Part shown: positions 25,760 through 37,452 of the stretch, one piece after another
Layout: every line of letters begins with the position of its first letter
Numbering within the stretch: position 1 is the first letter of the stretch
Assembly (NCBI GenBank): GCA_028534125.1
Contig: CM052818.1
Location: 10,852,001 to 10,916,000 of the forward strand
Direction of reading: 5' to 3'
Length of the DNA: 64,000 nt
From: Lama glama
Taxonomy: Eukaryota
Notes under the pieces: generated by a model
The model's database searches: none
What the model saw: only the letters and a program-made list of their open reading frames with translations
Told to the model about the DNA's origin: nothing
Translations under genes and position numbers: made by a program

Positions 25760-25940
25760 AACATCTGCATCCAAGTGCAGTCAAGGGAAGAAGTGTGGAT
25801 TATTCCTGTCGTACACAGCAGAGGCAAATCTGTCCACATGCCACTGGCCACACCTAACCTCACGGGAAGCCAGAAAATGTAACCTAGCTTGTGCCCAGAA
25901 GAAAGAGGAACTGTGCCTTGGGAATAGCCAGTTCCTTTCA
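25760..25940 (-). mobile_element. MaLR MLT1J/K-like fragment
   Basis: 'tggccacacctaacctcacgggaagccagaaaatgtaacctagcttgtgcccagaagaaagaggaa'. Confidence 0.7.
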
Positions 25941-27199
25941 CCTTATATTTCAGTTGATAACATCATTCCGAATGAGAGTTCTGCAACCCAGAGACTGTGT
26001 TCTGCGCCACGTCCTTTTCCCTCCTTGGAGTATGACTAGGTGCTCTCCAAACTGCTTTCAAAAAAAGGAGCCAAGACCTACAAGTCTGTCTTTAAGGTAT
26101 GCTTGGTAATGGAGCAGACAGCATTTCTGCTATAATTTGATTAAGTAAAAGAAATGTTCTCATGGATCTTATTTCTCTTAATTACAACACTGGAGAATTC
26201 ATATAAATCTTAATTCAGAAGTAGAAGCAGAGAGAGATGGAGTTATGTGGCTCAGACACACAGATCTTTCTGCTGTTCCAGGTTAACACAGAGATAGAGT
26301 TTAGAGATTTGGAAGGGATGGTTGTTCATGACCCATTTGGCAGTATTTCTTATATATCAGATGTCCCCAACCAGCTTTGGACCAGCAGTAGCTCACACTC
26401 AATTCATGGTTGAGTTTGTCTGATGAATATTTGAAATGTAAATACCCTGAGCTTCAAGTTGAGAAAAGGATACACATGGTTTGGAGTTTAGGCAGGCAGG
26501 AAGCAGACTGGCGTGCTGGTGTGACAGTTCTGAAGCCAGGCTTGCTTTTTCTCTAAGGCACATGTTCAGCTATTAGCCTGTGGGAGTACATCACAAGGCT
26601 GCTTGAAGGTAAGACCAGGAGGTTTCTGAAAAAGAAGTAATGAGTCAACTCTAGCTCTGTGACAGCCACAGAGGTGATATCACAGAACTATGAATCCTTC
26701 ATTTGGACCTGGAAAATATAGTAAAGACAGATTTACTAATAGTTGCACTGCCACCATTGACCCTCAATGCATGTGAAATAAGAAATGATTTTGCAAAGGA
26801 AAATCATGTCCCTTGGGGCCTTCTAGGTTATTGAAAATTCATCTTGAAAAGTTTAACTCTGATCAACTCATAATCGTACCATTTATTGAGTTGGGATGTA
26901 TCTTAGAAATAATCTAATTTCCTGATTTTGTAGGAGAAAAACTTAAATTCCAAAAAGGCAAAATGGCCTGGCCGAAATTACTTGTGATTTGTGGCCGAAC
27001 CGATCATAAACCTCACATGATTAATGGCATTGCCCAATTTCTAGGTGATGAGTTATTTCAAAATATTTAAATAATCCATTTACATGGCTATTTACTTAGC
27101 AAAGATAAACTTATAGAACACCATGAATTTCGGTGTTTTTCTTTCTTTCTTTTTTTTCTTTCCAAAACGATTTACTGGGTGCTGTGGTAGGTGCTGGAT

Positions 27200-27335
27200 T
27201 TATAGCCAGTAATAACAAAAAGAAGCCAGAGGTTGTTTTGAGGAATAAATGAGCTAATAAGGTGTGCACTTAGAATAGGGTTGGGCAAACTGTAAATGAC
27301 CAGTGAATGTTCACTGCTGTTGTCATTGTCATCCT
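27200..27335 (+). mobile_element. MIR 3' fragment
   Basis: 'gaggttgttttgaggaataaatgagctaataaggtgtgcacttagaatag'. Confidence 0.7.
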
Positions 27336-27774
27336 TGTTATTCTTGCCTTTATGGAGTCTTAGTAAAATAAGGAAACATCTCCCCATTTGGTTTCTTCTC
27401 TGTAAAATCTCATTCCCTGTGCTTGTGGCTTCAAGAAATTCAGCTTATTCTATGAGAACCCCTGACACAAGGCTCTTACTCTTCACTGACTTCATTTCTT
27501 TGTGATTCCAAGCCAGAGCTTGTTTGGCAAGACTTCCTGGGAATATTTATAGTTAACAGCTGATTTGGAGCAGACAAATGATTTAAGCTTTATAAGCAGC
27601 TTGTATTAGTACTTTTTACTGTTTTTTTTTTTTCCTGAATTGACTAAGTTTGCAATTGTAACAGCTACTAAGCATCCCAGCAAGAGATAGGAAAGGAAGG
27701 AGGAAAAGAGCGGGAAGCAGAGAGAGAAAGAGAGATCAAGAGATGATTACGCAAGTTTTAAAATTTAAAAATGT

Positions 27775-27990
27775 TAAGGAAGTGCTATGGTTGGTATTGC
27801 AGGAACAATAAAATGGGTGAGGTCCATCTTTGTCCTTAGAGGACTTTGCCATCTACTCATAGAGATAAAGTACACAAATGAGAAGATACAAAGCAAAGGT
27901 GGGAAATGCATGAAGCTCTGCCAAGGAGACAGAACTAAACTCTGAAAGGAAATCGGAGGAGACAGAGGCTACTTGCTTTTGAAAGCATCA
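27775..27990 (-). mobile_element. L2 fragment
   Basis: 'tctttgtccttagaggactttgccatcta', 'aaggaaatcggaggagacagagg' resemble an antisense L2 3' region. Confidence 0.5.
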
Positions 27991-28981
27991 AGTGCAATGA
28001 CCATCGGGCCAAAAACTCAAGAGGAAACAGGGTTCTAATAGCAGTTTTTTTTTTGTTTGTTTGCTATAAAAATACATGTTCCAAATTGCCTATTGTTATA
28101 TTGGTATTTATTTGTGCACTGCAAGTGCACCCTGTGCCTGAGGGAATTTCTCTTCAAGTGCTTCAGGTAAGACATTTCAGGTATAACAAAAGTGAGAAGG
28201 AGTGTAAACTCAGAGGCAACATTGTTAGGAAATGTGAAGCTTCAATGCTGAGTGACCATTCCGGATTCAAAGGCATTGGGATTGAAGAAGACAGAAATAT
28301 AGATTGAACGAAGGGCCTTATTTTCTGGATAGAGAGAAGTTCTAGCAATGGCTACAGTTGTTTCAAGCTTTGGAAATTTTTACAAATGAACTTACGTTCT
28401 CAAACTTAGTGAATAAAACTGTTAAAAAAATACTCCACTAAAATGGGAAGCAATCTAGATACATTTCATTTAAAATATACCATCAGCTCCATCAATCAGC
28501 ACTTGAGAGTCACAGGGTTTTCCTCTACACAGTAATCATTGCAAACCAATAATTCATGCCAAATTATTGTACCTTTAAGTCATATGAATAAATGGAATGA
28601 GGTGCTAAGTTGATAGCAAATACCTGTTTTAAAGAACGAAGTCAAATGACTTTGATCTTCAGCCAGGTATTTTTTTCTGTTCATTTTCTGTTCCATTTGT
28701 CTGTCTCGATTCTTGATAATTGCTAATTTTTATTTCAACTCTATTAAATGCCACCCTTGGGGAAAAAATACTATTTCACACCTATATTAATTTCTTCCTG
28801 TTGTGAAGACTATGTTGGTATAAAAAAACAGCATCCACATGTTTCCAATTATCAGGGCACTCTGCACTGTTAGACAACTGGGTCCTTTACCTTTTATTTA
28901 TTCATGCATTCAAGTATCATTGATTATCTACTATATGCCAGATGCTCTTAAATCTTGATGGTAAAAAGATTGACAAAAACA

Positions 28982-29415
28982 TGTGCTGGTCATCTTTGCT
29001 ACCCTTCCAGAGTCACCCTCTACTTTTCTTTTCCTTGCTCTATGTCATGGAAGCCTGATCTTTGCAAACATTATCAACAGGTGAAGGAGAGAAAGGTTGG
29101 AGTGCTTTTTGCTCCCAGTCCACGATTGTTGCCAGATTGTTTTGTGTGACCGTGCTCCACTACTGAAGAACTGCCTCCTATCAGGGGTTGCTTTCCCCAA
29201 GGCTGCCCTTTCTAGGTTCTGACACCTGCTCTTTCCCGGAGCCCCTGTGGGCCAAGGGATGGTAGGGAAACTGCTATAACTAGGCCTGTGATACTACTGG
29301 ATCCTTCTTGGTTTCCTTAACACAAATTTCAAATAACTCCTTTAAAAATTCTGCTCAAATACTCAGCTGGAGAGTGGAGGCTGTTTTTTTTTTTTTTTCT
29401 CCAGTACTCTGATAC
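28982..29415 (+). mobile_element. ERVL solo LTR, LTR33-like
   Basis: Starts 'tgtgctggtcatctttg...ttccagagtcaccctctac', contains 'agggatggta', 'cttcttggtttccttaac', ends 'ctgataca'. Confidence 0.7.
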
Positions 29416-30944
29416 ACCATGTTTTTTCCCTTCAATCCTGAATGAACACCTATTTAATGTTAATACTTACGAATTCTCTAGACCCTACTGGATTCAGATA
29501 GTTGCAGCGGCAGCCTGACTGATAAAAATAACCTTATGACACTAACTCCTCTTCTGTTGCAAATGTGCTCATAGATTTTTTTCATCATTTCTAAATGCAA
29601 AGATATTTCCTGTCAAGTATTCCAGTAGGATCTTAATGGTTATAAATACTCTGTAACTAAAAATGCCCTTTCTTTTTAGAATATATAACAAAGGCATTAC
29701 AATGGTTTACAAGGCTTGGAGCGGGGGTGTCACATAAGGCTATATGTGTGCTCTGATCTCCAGCGAGGCATCCAGTCTGTCTAAATGAGACCCATTGTAA
29801 GCATCCATTCATAGTGTCACATCTTCTCATGCCAGCATGCTTGCACATCCACATGTACTTAGAAAACAATGAGAAATCCACGTTGGCTTTCCTTTCCCCA
29901 TTCACAATCTTTTCTCACTTACTGTTTATTTCCTCTTCTAAAGGCATGAAGTCACTTAGGTTTTCAGTATGGAATTCTAACCATTTTGGGGGTGGTACTT
30001 TACTGTTCTAAGATGTTCCTCCATGTTTCTTTTATCTTTTTAAAAAGATGAAGTCTTCCTAACCAAAGGCAACATTAAAGGTGACTCCTTAATTCCATAT
30101 TTCCTGAGTGACTATTAAGATGTTTTAATATATAACAGTGTGTATTATTTTTCACATTGTCATTGATTTCCTTCTTAATACAACCCAACATACTGCTTAT
30201 TTTTTTTCATCTTCTCCTGTATGTCAACGTATTTTTTTTGAGCTATTGATGGTGGCGTCTCAGTTTCTTTCTTGAGAGGCTGTGGGTAATTCAGAAGCCA
30301 TTAGCGTGCTGTGTGTGAGTAGTTTGAATTGCTTCTTCCCCTGGGTCTTACCTTGAACTTGCTACACTCAATTCCATTCACCGTTGTGGAGCTTGATTAC
30401 TTAACCACCTTTGGTCTTTCTGAAGTTCTTCCCCTCCTTATTCCTGACTACATCTATGTTTAGTATCTAAATAATTATGTGATTTTGATAAATTTGCTTT
30501 CCTGCTATTTGCCCCATCTCTTAGGTTGTTAATAAACTTAGGGAACACCAGTGTCACTTTGATCCAGAGGCCATCAACTAATTTCTGAGTTGATAACTGG
30601 TAATTTCTCTCAGCTTTCTTTCTTTTATACAGTTTTCAATCCAGTGCTGTTAGAATCAATGATTTTTTTTTTCAAAAAAAGATACCAAAAGAGTCAAACT
30701 CTTATTATTCAGTGAAAATAAAAAGTTAAAGCTATTTTGAAGGTGAAACCTACATATTATCCTGACTCAATATTCTAGAGCTTCTTTTGAATCTCAACCC
30801 ATGGCTACCATTTTGCAAAAGTGCAAGTAAATCATTTCTCCTTTTTTTTTTTTGGTTAAAAAAAGACATTTAAACTTTATGAACAGGCAAGACATTATGG
30901 GATATAACTTAATATTAAATGCAATTTTCTAGTTGTTGAGATTT

Positions 30945-31055
30945 AATCAAAAGTCACGTTTATTGAATATTTACATGTGGGACACACTGTACTAGGTACT
31001 CTAGAGCAGATAAAGTAATTTAAGGCTTAATGTCTTACTTCCTTTAGGGAAGGTA
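30945..31055 (-). mobile_element. L2 3' tail
   Basis: 'tttattgaatatttacatgtgggacacactgtactaggtact'. Confidence 0.7.
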
Positions 31056-31329
31056 AAGCATAAGCAAAGATTTAATGTATAAGCCTACAGGGAGTTACAT
31101 AAGAATACATGTAGCATTATGACAGGATTCCAAAAGATGAATTACAAGTGATTTTAGGTTTCATTGTCAAATTAATGTTAGGAGCAATAAACACTAAGTG
31201 TTCTCAGAAGGTCTTATTGTACCAGTTTCATAGTGGAGTGGAAAGAGCATGGACTTTGGAGTTAGGCTTCTGCTTAAATTTTCTCTCTGAGTGAGGTCTG
31301 GGCTCACTCATCCAACTTTTTAAGATCAC

Positions 31330-32245
31330 AACTTAGGTGGCTCACAGTTGACACATGATGATTTGTTCAAAATTAAACTTTGATTCAGCCTGTTTTTTCC
31401 CTCATTCACTTCCCCTTAGCTTCCCACATATGACCAAATACAACTATACTTCCAGTAGTTCAAGTTAGAAATGTAGAAACTATTTTTGAGTTCTTTTTTT
31501 CCCTCAAAATCCTCACATTTCACCCTTCAGCAAATTTATCAAGTCCATCTCTAACATTTGAATCACTTTTCTGTCTTTGCCATGTATCCCCTTAGCCTGG
31601 CTACCATCATCTCTCACCTGGAATACAGCAACAGCCTCCAACACATCTTCCAACTTCCACCCTCAACCCACTCACCCACCTTCCATGTGGCAGCCACTGT
31701 AATTTTCTTAAAATTCAAAATTGTAAAAGTTTGTCTCTTGATTAAAATCCTTCAATGACTGTCAGTACATGTAGAAGAAAAAAAGAAATCTTAACTCCTT
31801 CCCAAAGCTGACAAGGTCCTCCATGGATCAGGTGCTACCTGACTCTTCAGTTGCACTTGTGCCACTCAGCTCTCCCTACCTACAGCCACCCTGGTCTCAC
31901 CTCACATCCTCCAATCTGCCAATCTCTTTTCTGCTCATGGTCTTTACACAAATTACCTCTGTCTAGAATAGTCTTTATATGGCTTGCTCTATTTCCTTTA
32001 GGTATTAGACTTCCTGAGAGAATAATTTTTAACCACACTACTTGTATTCCTTTTATTTTCTACTTTATATTGATTTTCCAATGGTTCTTGTATTTCTTTC
32101 CATTATTTTTAGTAATTTCTTTGTCTTTCTCCTCCATTTGGGACATCATCTCCAGGAGGACAGGGATTTTATGTCTTGTGCACAGTTCCATCCACAGTAC
32201 CTGGTATGTAGTTGGTCCTCAAGAAGTATTAGTTAATTGAATAAC
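31330..32245 (+). mobile_element. L2a 3' ~900 bp
   Basis: 'ccatcatctctcacctggaatacagcaacagcctcc', 'attaaaatccttcaatgact', tail 'cacagtacctggtatgtagttggtcctcaagaagtattagttaattgaat'. Confidence 0.85.
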
Positions 32246-33411
32246 TAAAGAATAATAAAATAAAAATTTTGTGGCTCCTATTGTCATTCATTTGGACAGT
32301 TGTCACCATTTGCAGCTTATATTAGCATTTCTCTGAACCTTTCTAAATTAAAGGTCATTTTCTATAACCCGAAAATCTCCTCATATCTTAATTGGAAGAT
32401 CTTTGCTTACGGACAGCAATGACCAAGGAGTTTAGACTGAAAAAAAACACAGAAGCGTCTTAAGCTTTGTGAAATGAGAAGTTTAGTTCAAGCTTCAAGT
32501 GATAGTAGATTAAAAATACTAAATAAAATCAGAGACAGTGAAGAGAAAATTGCATTGTAAGAATGTGGGTCTCAACCACTTCTTCTAGGTAAGATCCCAG
32601 CTCAATATTTACACTAAAATAGTTCCACATGTGAGCTGGAATGATGCCATAGTATCTTGATACAGAATTCGAGAAAGTTCTAAGAATGCTTTCTGATGGG
32701 TTTCCACAGTCATCTCCTAAAGAAGGGGGAGCGTGGAGTGTCATTACAATAAAAAAGAGAAGCCCTGGGGGGAAATAGCTTCCTATGTTTCAGTGAAACT
32801 GTGTACTAGTAGCTGGATTGCTAACACTTGATGCATTATTATCTGCCAAACCACACTGTTTTAATTATTGACCATGGCTCTATTATTCTTCTATAGAGTT
32901 TCACCTAGAAGTGGAAGAAGTCACTGAATTTCCTTTCTGTAAGTTAAAAGAGACTTGTAAGTCCCAGCTCCATCTTTTAAACCTGAAATTTACAGTGAGA
33001 CGTCATTCTTTTCCCCTTCGCATTATCCCACCTGTCATCGTTTCCAGAGATTGGTCCTCTTCCGTTTTGTTTCGCCAAGTTCTCAGCAGCCTCATGTTGC
33101 AAAGTGATGCCATCCAAGGATATCAAAGTATAGCTAGAGTGTGACCATAAAAATTACAAGGTGCAAACAAACACTGCAGGCTGGCTGCATGTTTATCAGC
33201 AATACCCAGAGACCATAACACACAATCTAATCAGCAAATCACCTAAATATAAGTTGTCCCATTGGCCACCCCAGGTGAAAATGAAACAGCTGTTTAATTT
33301 AGCTTTTATGAAAAGAACTCATATCCTGAATCTTTGATGTCTTTATTGCTATTGCAGTTTATTTATTTATATTGTTTTGATCTTCCTTGAGATCATTGTG
33401 TTGTTCTAAAA

Positions 33412-33703
33412 TTGTGATCCTCCAAGTGTATGACATGCATTTTCTATGGTGGTATGGGAAATAACTTTAGAGGGTACTTGGATGAATTTCAAATAAAGTA
33501 ATAGTGGTATATTTATTTTTAGGTGTATTAGAAAACATATAGCCATCAAATCCCTGACTTATTTCTTAGAACAAAATTAAGTAATGAAATGGGAGTTTAT
33601 TTAAAGTATTTTTATTATAGAGTAAGTAATAATACAAACAATACTCAGATCTCAACAAGAATTATGAATGTAGTAGGTGACTACCTAAATTTTGGGAAGC
33701 ATG
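33412..33703 (-). mobile_element. hAT-Charlie MITE, MER113-like
   Basis: 'ggtggtatgggaaataactttagagggtac' near one end and 'aaattttgggaagcatgg' at the other, as recalled for the MER113 family. Confidence 0.55.
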
Positions 33704-34607
33704 GTAATAATCTCCAGTCATAATCTATCTTGATTTATGAGAAGGATAAAAGAGGTTGAGCAACTTCCTTCTAATTTGGTGACTTGCAAAAAGGAAAGTT
33801 TTGCCTGAATGGAGCCTCAATTAATAAATGTCTTTGCAGCAAAAAATGCTAATGATGAAAGTGGAGGGAAAAAAAGAGAACTGGGATGGGAGAGCAAAAA
33901 GGGGGAACAAGAATGAAATCGGGGTTCTGACTGTAATAGGATACTTGTGTGCCAGGCCAGTAAGTGGAGGAAATACGATTTGGGGACCTGGACTATTCAA
34001 ACTCTTAAAACCTCCCAAGAAAAGAGCTTTTGGTGGGTCTGAGGCTATGCGATCGCCAGCCACAACTAAATGCTTTATTGCCGTCTGGAAGTGTTTATTT
34101 TCTGGACATAAATTCAGGGGACAGATTCAAGGCATGTCTAGAAATAAAGCATATCATCATGTGAGCTGAGCTGACAAGGACAATTTACTGTACCCTGCAT
34201 TTGTTCTGGGCCAATCGGAGGAGAGCCGGTGATTAACATTCTAAAATCCCTGCTGTTACGTTCTGATTGTCCCTTCACTGAACTTTGGGATGGCATGGAT
34301 TAACCCCTGAGGGACTCCAGTGCAGAGCCCAGAGCTAAGAAGGGACCCTTGTTCTATCCCAGAAGATATATGCAGCATTGGGACGTTCCTGTGTCAACAG
34401 GCTGGGCTGATCCTGTGCCTTTGAGGGCCCTGGGAAGGAAGGGGCAGCCAAGAGCTGGGCTGTTTCTTAGAGGCTTTTGCTGAGAAAGCTGAGGTTTGGG
34501 ATTTATGGGTTAAGTTCACATTTAATTCTGCAGTAAAGGTGGGGCAAGTGTTCATGCTGATTGTTTGAACAGGGACTGCAAGCCTGTTAAGTTGGGAGAG
34601 GCTGGAG

Positions 34608-34835
34608 AAGATAGTGTTTAAGAGCATGAATTCCAAAGACTGGTAGGGCTGGATCTGAGTGACAGCCCCATTATTTATAGCCATGTGCAAATTATTAATG
34701 CATCTGACCTTTTGTTTCTTATTTACAAAGCAGAGTAACACTAATTTCATAAAGAAGCTGTGAGAATTAAGTGAGATAATGTGTGGAAGTCTCTGGCTCA
34801 ATAAATACTGTGTCCCATAATTATTGTTATTTGTT
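34608..34835 (+). mobile_element. MIR SINE, near full length
   Basis: 'atagtgtttaagagcatgaa' head through 'tgtgagaattaagtgagataatgtgtg' to a 'tattgttatt' tail. Confidence 0.8.
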
Positions 34836-35726
34836 ATTATTACTTTGTTCACATGTTGAGCAATAAGGATCCACAGAGGAAGTTTTTTTGCTATTTTCCT
34901 GGAGGTATGAGTGTTATTTTACACACTGTTTTTAGAAAACCTAATCTCAGCTATAGGTGGCAATGTTTAATCCATTACCAGAGTGTATAATTTTGAAATC
35001 TTTTCCAAACCTTAAGGACATTAGATTGAAAAAAAAAAAAACCTTCAGTTTCAAAACGCTTCAACATAGTAAATTTTAGAACGGTCTATGGAGGCAAATT
35101 CACAAATAGCTTGTAATCACTTTGATGTGCAACATATTAGAAAAAGGAGCCTAGAATTAAGTTGAAGTTGTAAAAAGAAATTGGCCAAGGTAGTATGGTA
35201 TATTTGAAATTGAGATTTCAGTGTGTGTTCCTTTCCATCATACAAATGACTGAACACTTAAAGTTTGAATGTGCTTATGATAGGAAGGCATTTTCTACCA
35301 CTTCTGTTTTGGGTTCTCTTCCACAGCTCACTCCCTTCTGCTTCTGTTGTTTTGCTCTAACAAGGAACAAACATCAGGAGTCAGAAGTCAGACAGGTGGA
35401 AGGGGGATGGGATGAAGAAGAATCGCAAGGAAACATTTCTCTGAAAGGACATAACTTACACTCTTGCATGATTTTTCCTAAGAGACTGCTGAGCATCCTG
35501 CTGAGTTACTGGGTAGACAACAAGGATTTTAGAAGCATGGGTTTTTATCTTACTTAACATTAGTATTTGATCCTTTAACTTTCATCTGAGAGACAGAGAA
35601 CAATATCATTGAATTTGGGAGTTGGGGAAAAGCCCTACAAGTCTTTACTGCTATTTTAAAGGTTTTTATAACAGCCATTTTCATGGCAAGTTGATCTGTG
35701 AGCTGAGAGTATCCAGGGAGCAGAGT

Positions 35727-35820
35727 TTTCCTTCCTTCCTTCTTCCTCCCTTCTTATGTTCCTTTCTCCCTCTCTTCCTTCCTTCCTTCTTGCCTTCATC
35801 TTCCTTTCTACTTTCCTTCC
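35727..35820 (+). repeat. (CCTT)n-like pyrimidine low-complexity tract
   Basis: Direct reading. Confidence 0.85.
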
Positions 35821-36822
35821 ATGTGTCTTCTGATTTTACCTATCTGTGAAGATGAGCCTATGTTTCAAAGTATACTATTGATTATTCTTTATTTTCAATT
35901 GTGCCTCATCTTAACTTATGTAAAATAGGGAATAACCCAAGTGGGATGCTAATTCCTGATTTTGCTAACTTACTGCAATTATGTTTTTTTACGGCATCTG
36001 AGTTAGCGATGCATTTTTCAACTATCTGTATGACTTAATATGGCTATTACTAGAATTATACAGATATTTGGGGAACAAAAAGCTGACTAAATGGCGTATT
36101 TTGTTTCTCTCATGGATAACTCCACATATTACTATTTCTATTTAATAATTAACATTCTTGTTTTTAAGATATTAACAGTTTAGTCTTCATCCTACTTAAT
36201 CTGCTTTTATAATTAGAAGCTCAGTGTGTCCTATGGGCCTTGTATCACTTCCACACTAATTGTGATAAAATGTTCAGTAGAATGCCCTGATAAATATTTG
36301 AAAATTGAGCAGAAGGAATGTGGAAAAGTACTCTGTGCTTTTAATTGATATGCTGAACAACATTGGTTGTAAGTGGAACTAATGCATTTGATTTTTTTTG
36401 TTTTATAGATGTGATTTAAAAATTGTGGTTCCTGAAATTACCTAAGTTGACTGTTTAAACTCTAGAGTGTCTGTGTCTCTCTCAGCAGTACTTCCTTCCT
36501 TTTTCTTTTCTTTTTTTCTATAATAAGCAATTTCCAACAATATATTCAACTTAGTAACCAAAGTTCATTTAGACTGATATAAAGATGTTACTAAAATCTG
36601 GTTCACCATGACCTATTACTGACCTTCCCCCATTTCCCCCCTTACTCTTCTGAAGTCCCCTTTCTCATTTTGCCTGAGTCAGTTATGTTTCCCTGAATTA
36701 ATCTCAGGATTGAGAGCCACTGGGCATCTTTCACTTTGATGTAGTGTCAAAATTATGGGCTTATTTTTTTTTTTTCAGCTTTGGAACTGTGCTGTTTTAG
36801 TCACTTCCATTCATTTAGTTTT

Positions 36823-36891
36823 ACATATATATTATATATTATATATATATATAGAATATATATACACATACATACATACCTACATATATAT
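36823..36891 (+). repeat. (TA)n/(TACA)n microsatellite
   Basis: Direct reading. Confidence 0.9.
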
Positions 36892-37149
36892 TCAGATTCA
36901 GAAAGATCTTTTGATGACTTCCCTATCTTTTCCATTAAAATGTTCCTACTTGAAATTTAGTGGCCGCCTAACAGCTGTTGAAATCTTCCCCCATGGGCCA
37001 TGGTATTCTGGATGCTCCAGGCTCTTTGGAATTTAACTGCTTGCATCTCTGGCCTCATCTTCTACATCACTCCGTCCCTCCCCTCCCCCCGCATCTGCTT
37101 TTGCACCTTGTGATTAAAGTGATTTTGCACTTTAGTGTACTCATGTGCT

Positions 37150-37452
37150 CTCTCAAGCCTCTGTCCCTGAGTTCAGAAGATGTCACCTCCCAGTACCCTT
37201 CCCTGATACTCCAGGGCAGAGTTAGGTTTCCTCACTCATGAGGTCACACAGCCCTGTGTGCTCTCTATCACTCTGTACCGTAATGGCCTGTTTACTTGGC
37301 TGCCTTTTGCATCTGACTGGAAGACCCTTGAGGGAAAGATCCTGTCTTTGAGCTTCCATTCCTCAGTACTCAGCAGAATGCTTGCAAGTGGTAGGATGTA
37401 ATTTTTGGTTGAGTGAATGTGTGAATGAGCATACTGTAATTGAATGAATGAA
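37150..37452 (+). mobile_element. L2b/c 3' end
   Basis: 'atgtcacctcc...ccttccctgatactccagggcagagttagg', 'gactggaagacccttgagggaaagatcctgtct', tgaa-rich tail. Confidence 0.8.

Noticed and set aside
31851..32240. 129-aa hydrophobic ORF
   Set aside because: Entirely within the T-rich L2a 3' region, so the hydrophobicity is compositional.
34130..34139. Perfect p53 half-site AGGCATGTCT
   Set aside because: No adjacent second half-site; single decamers occur by chance.
34394..34852. 152-aa minus-strand ORF
   Set aside because: About half lies in an antisense MIR; no protein similarity recognised.
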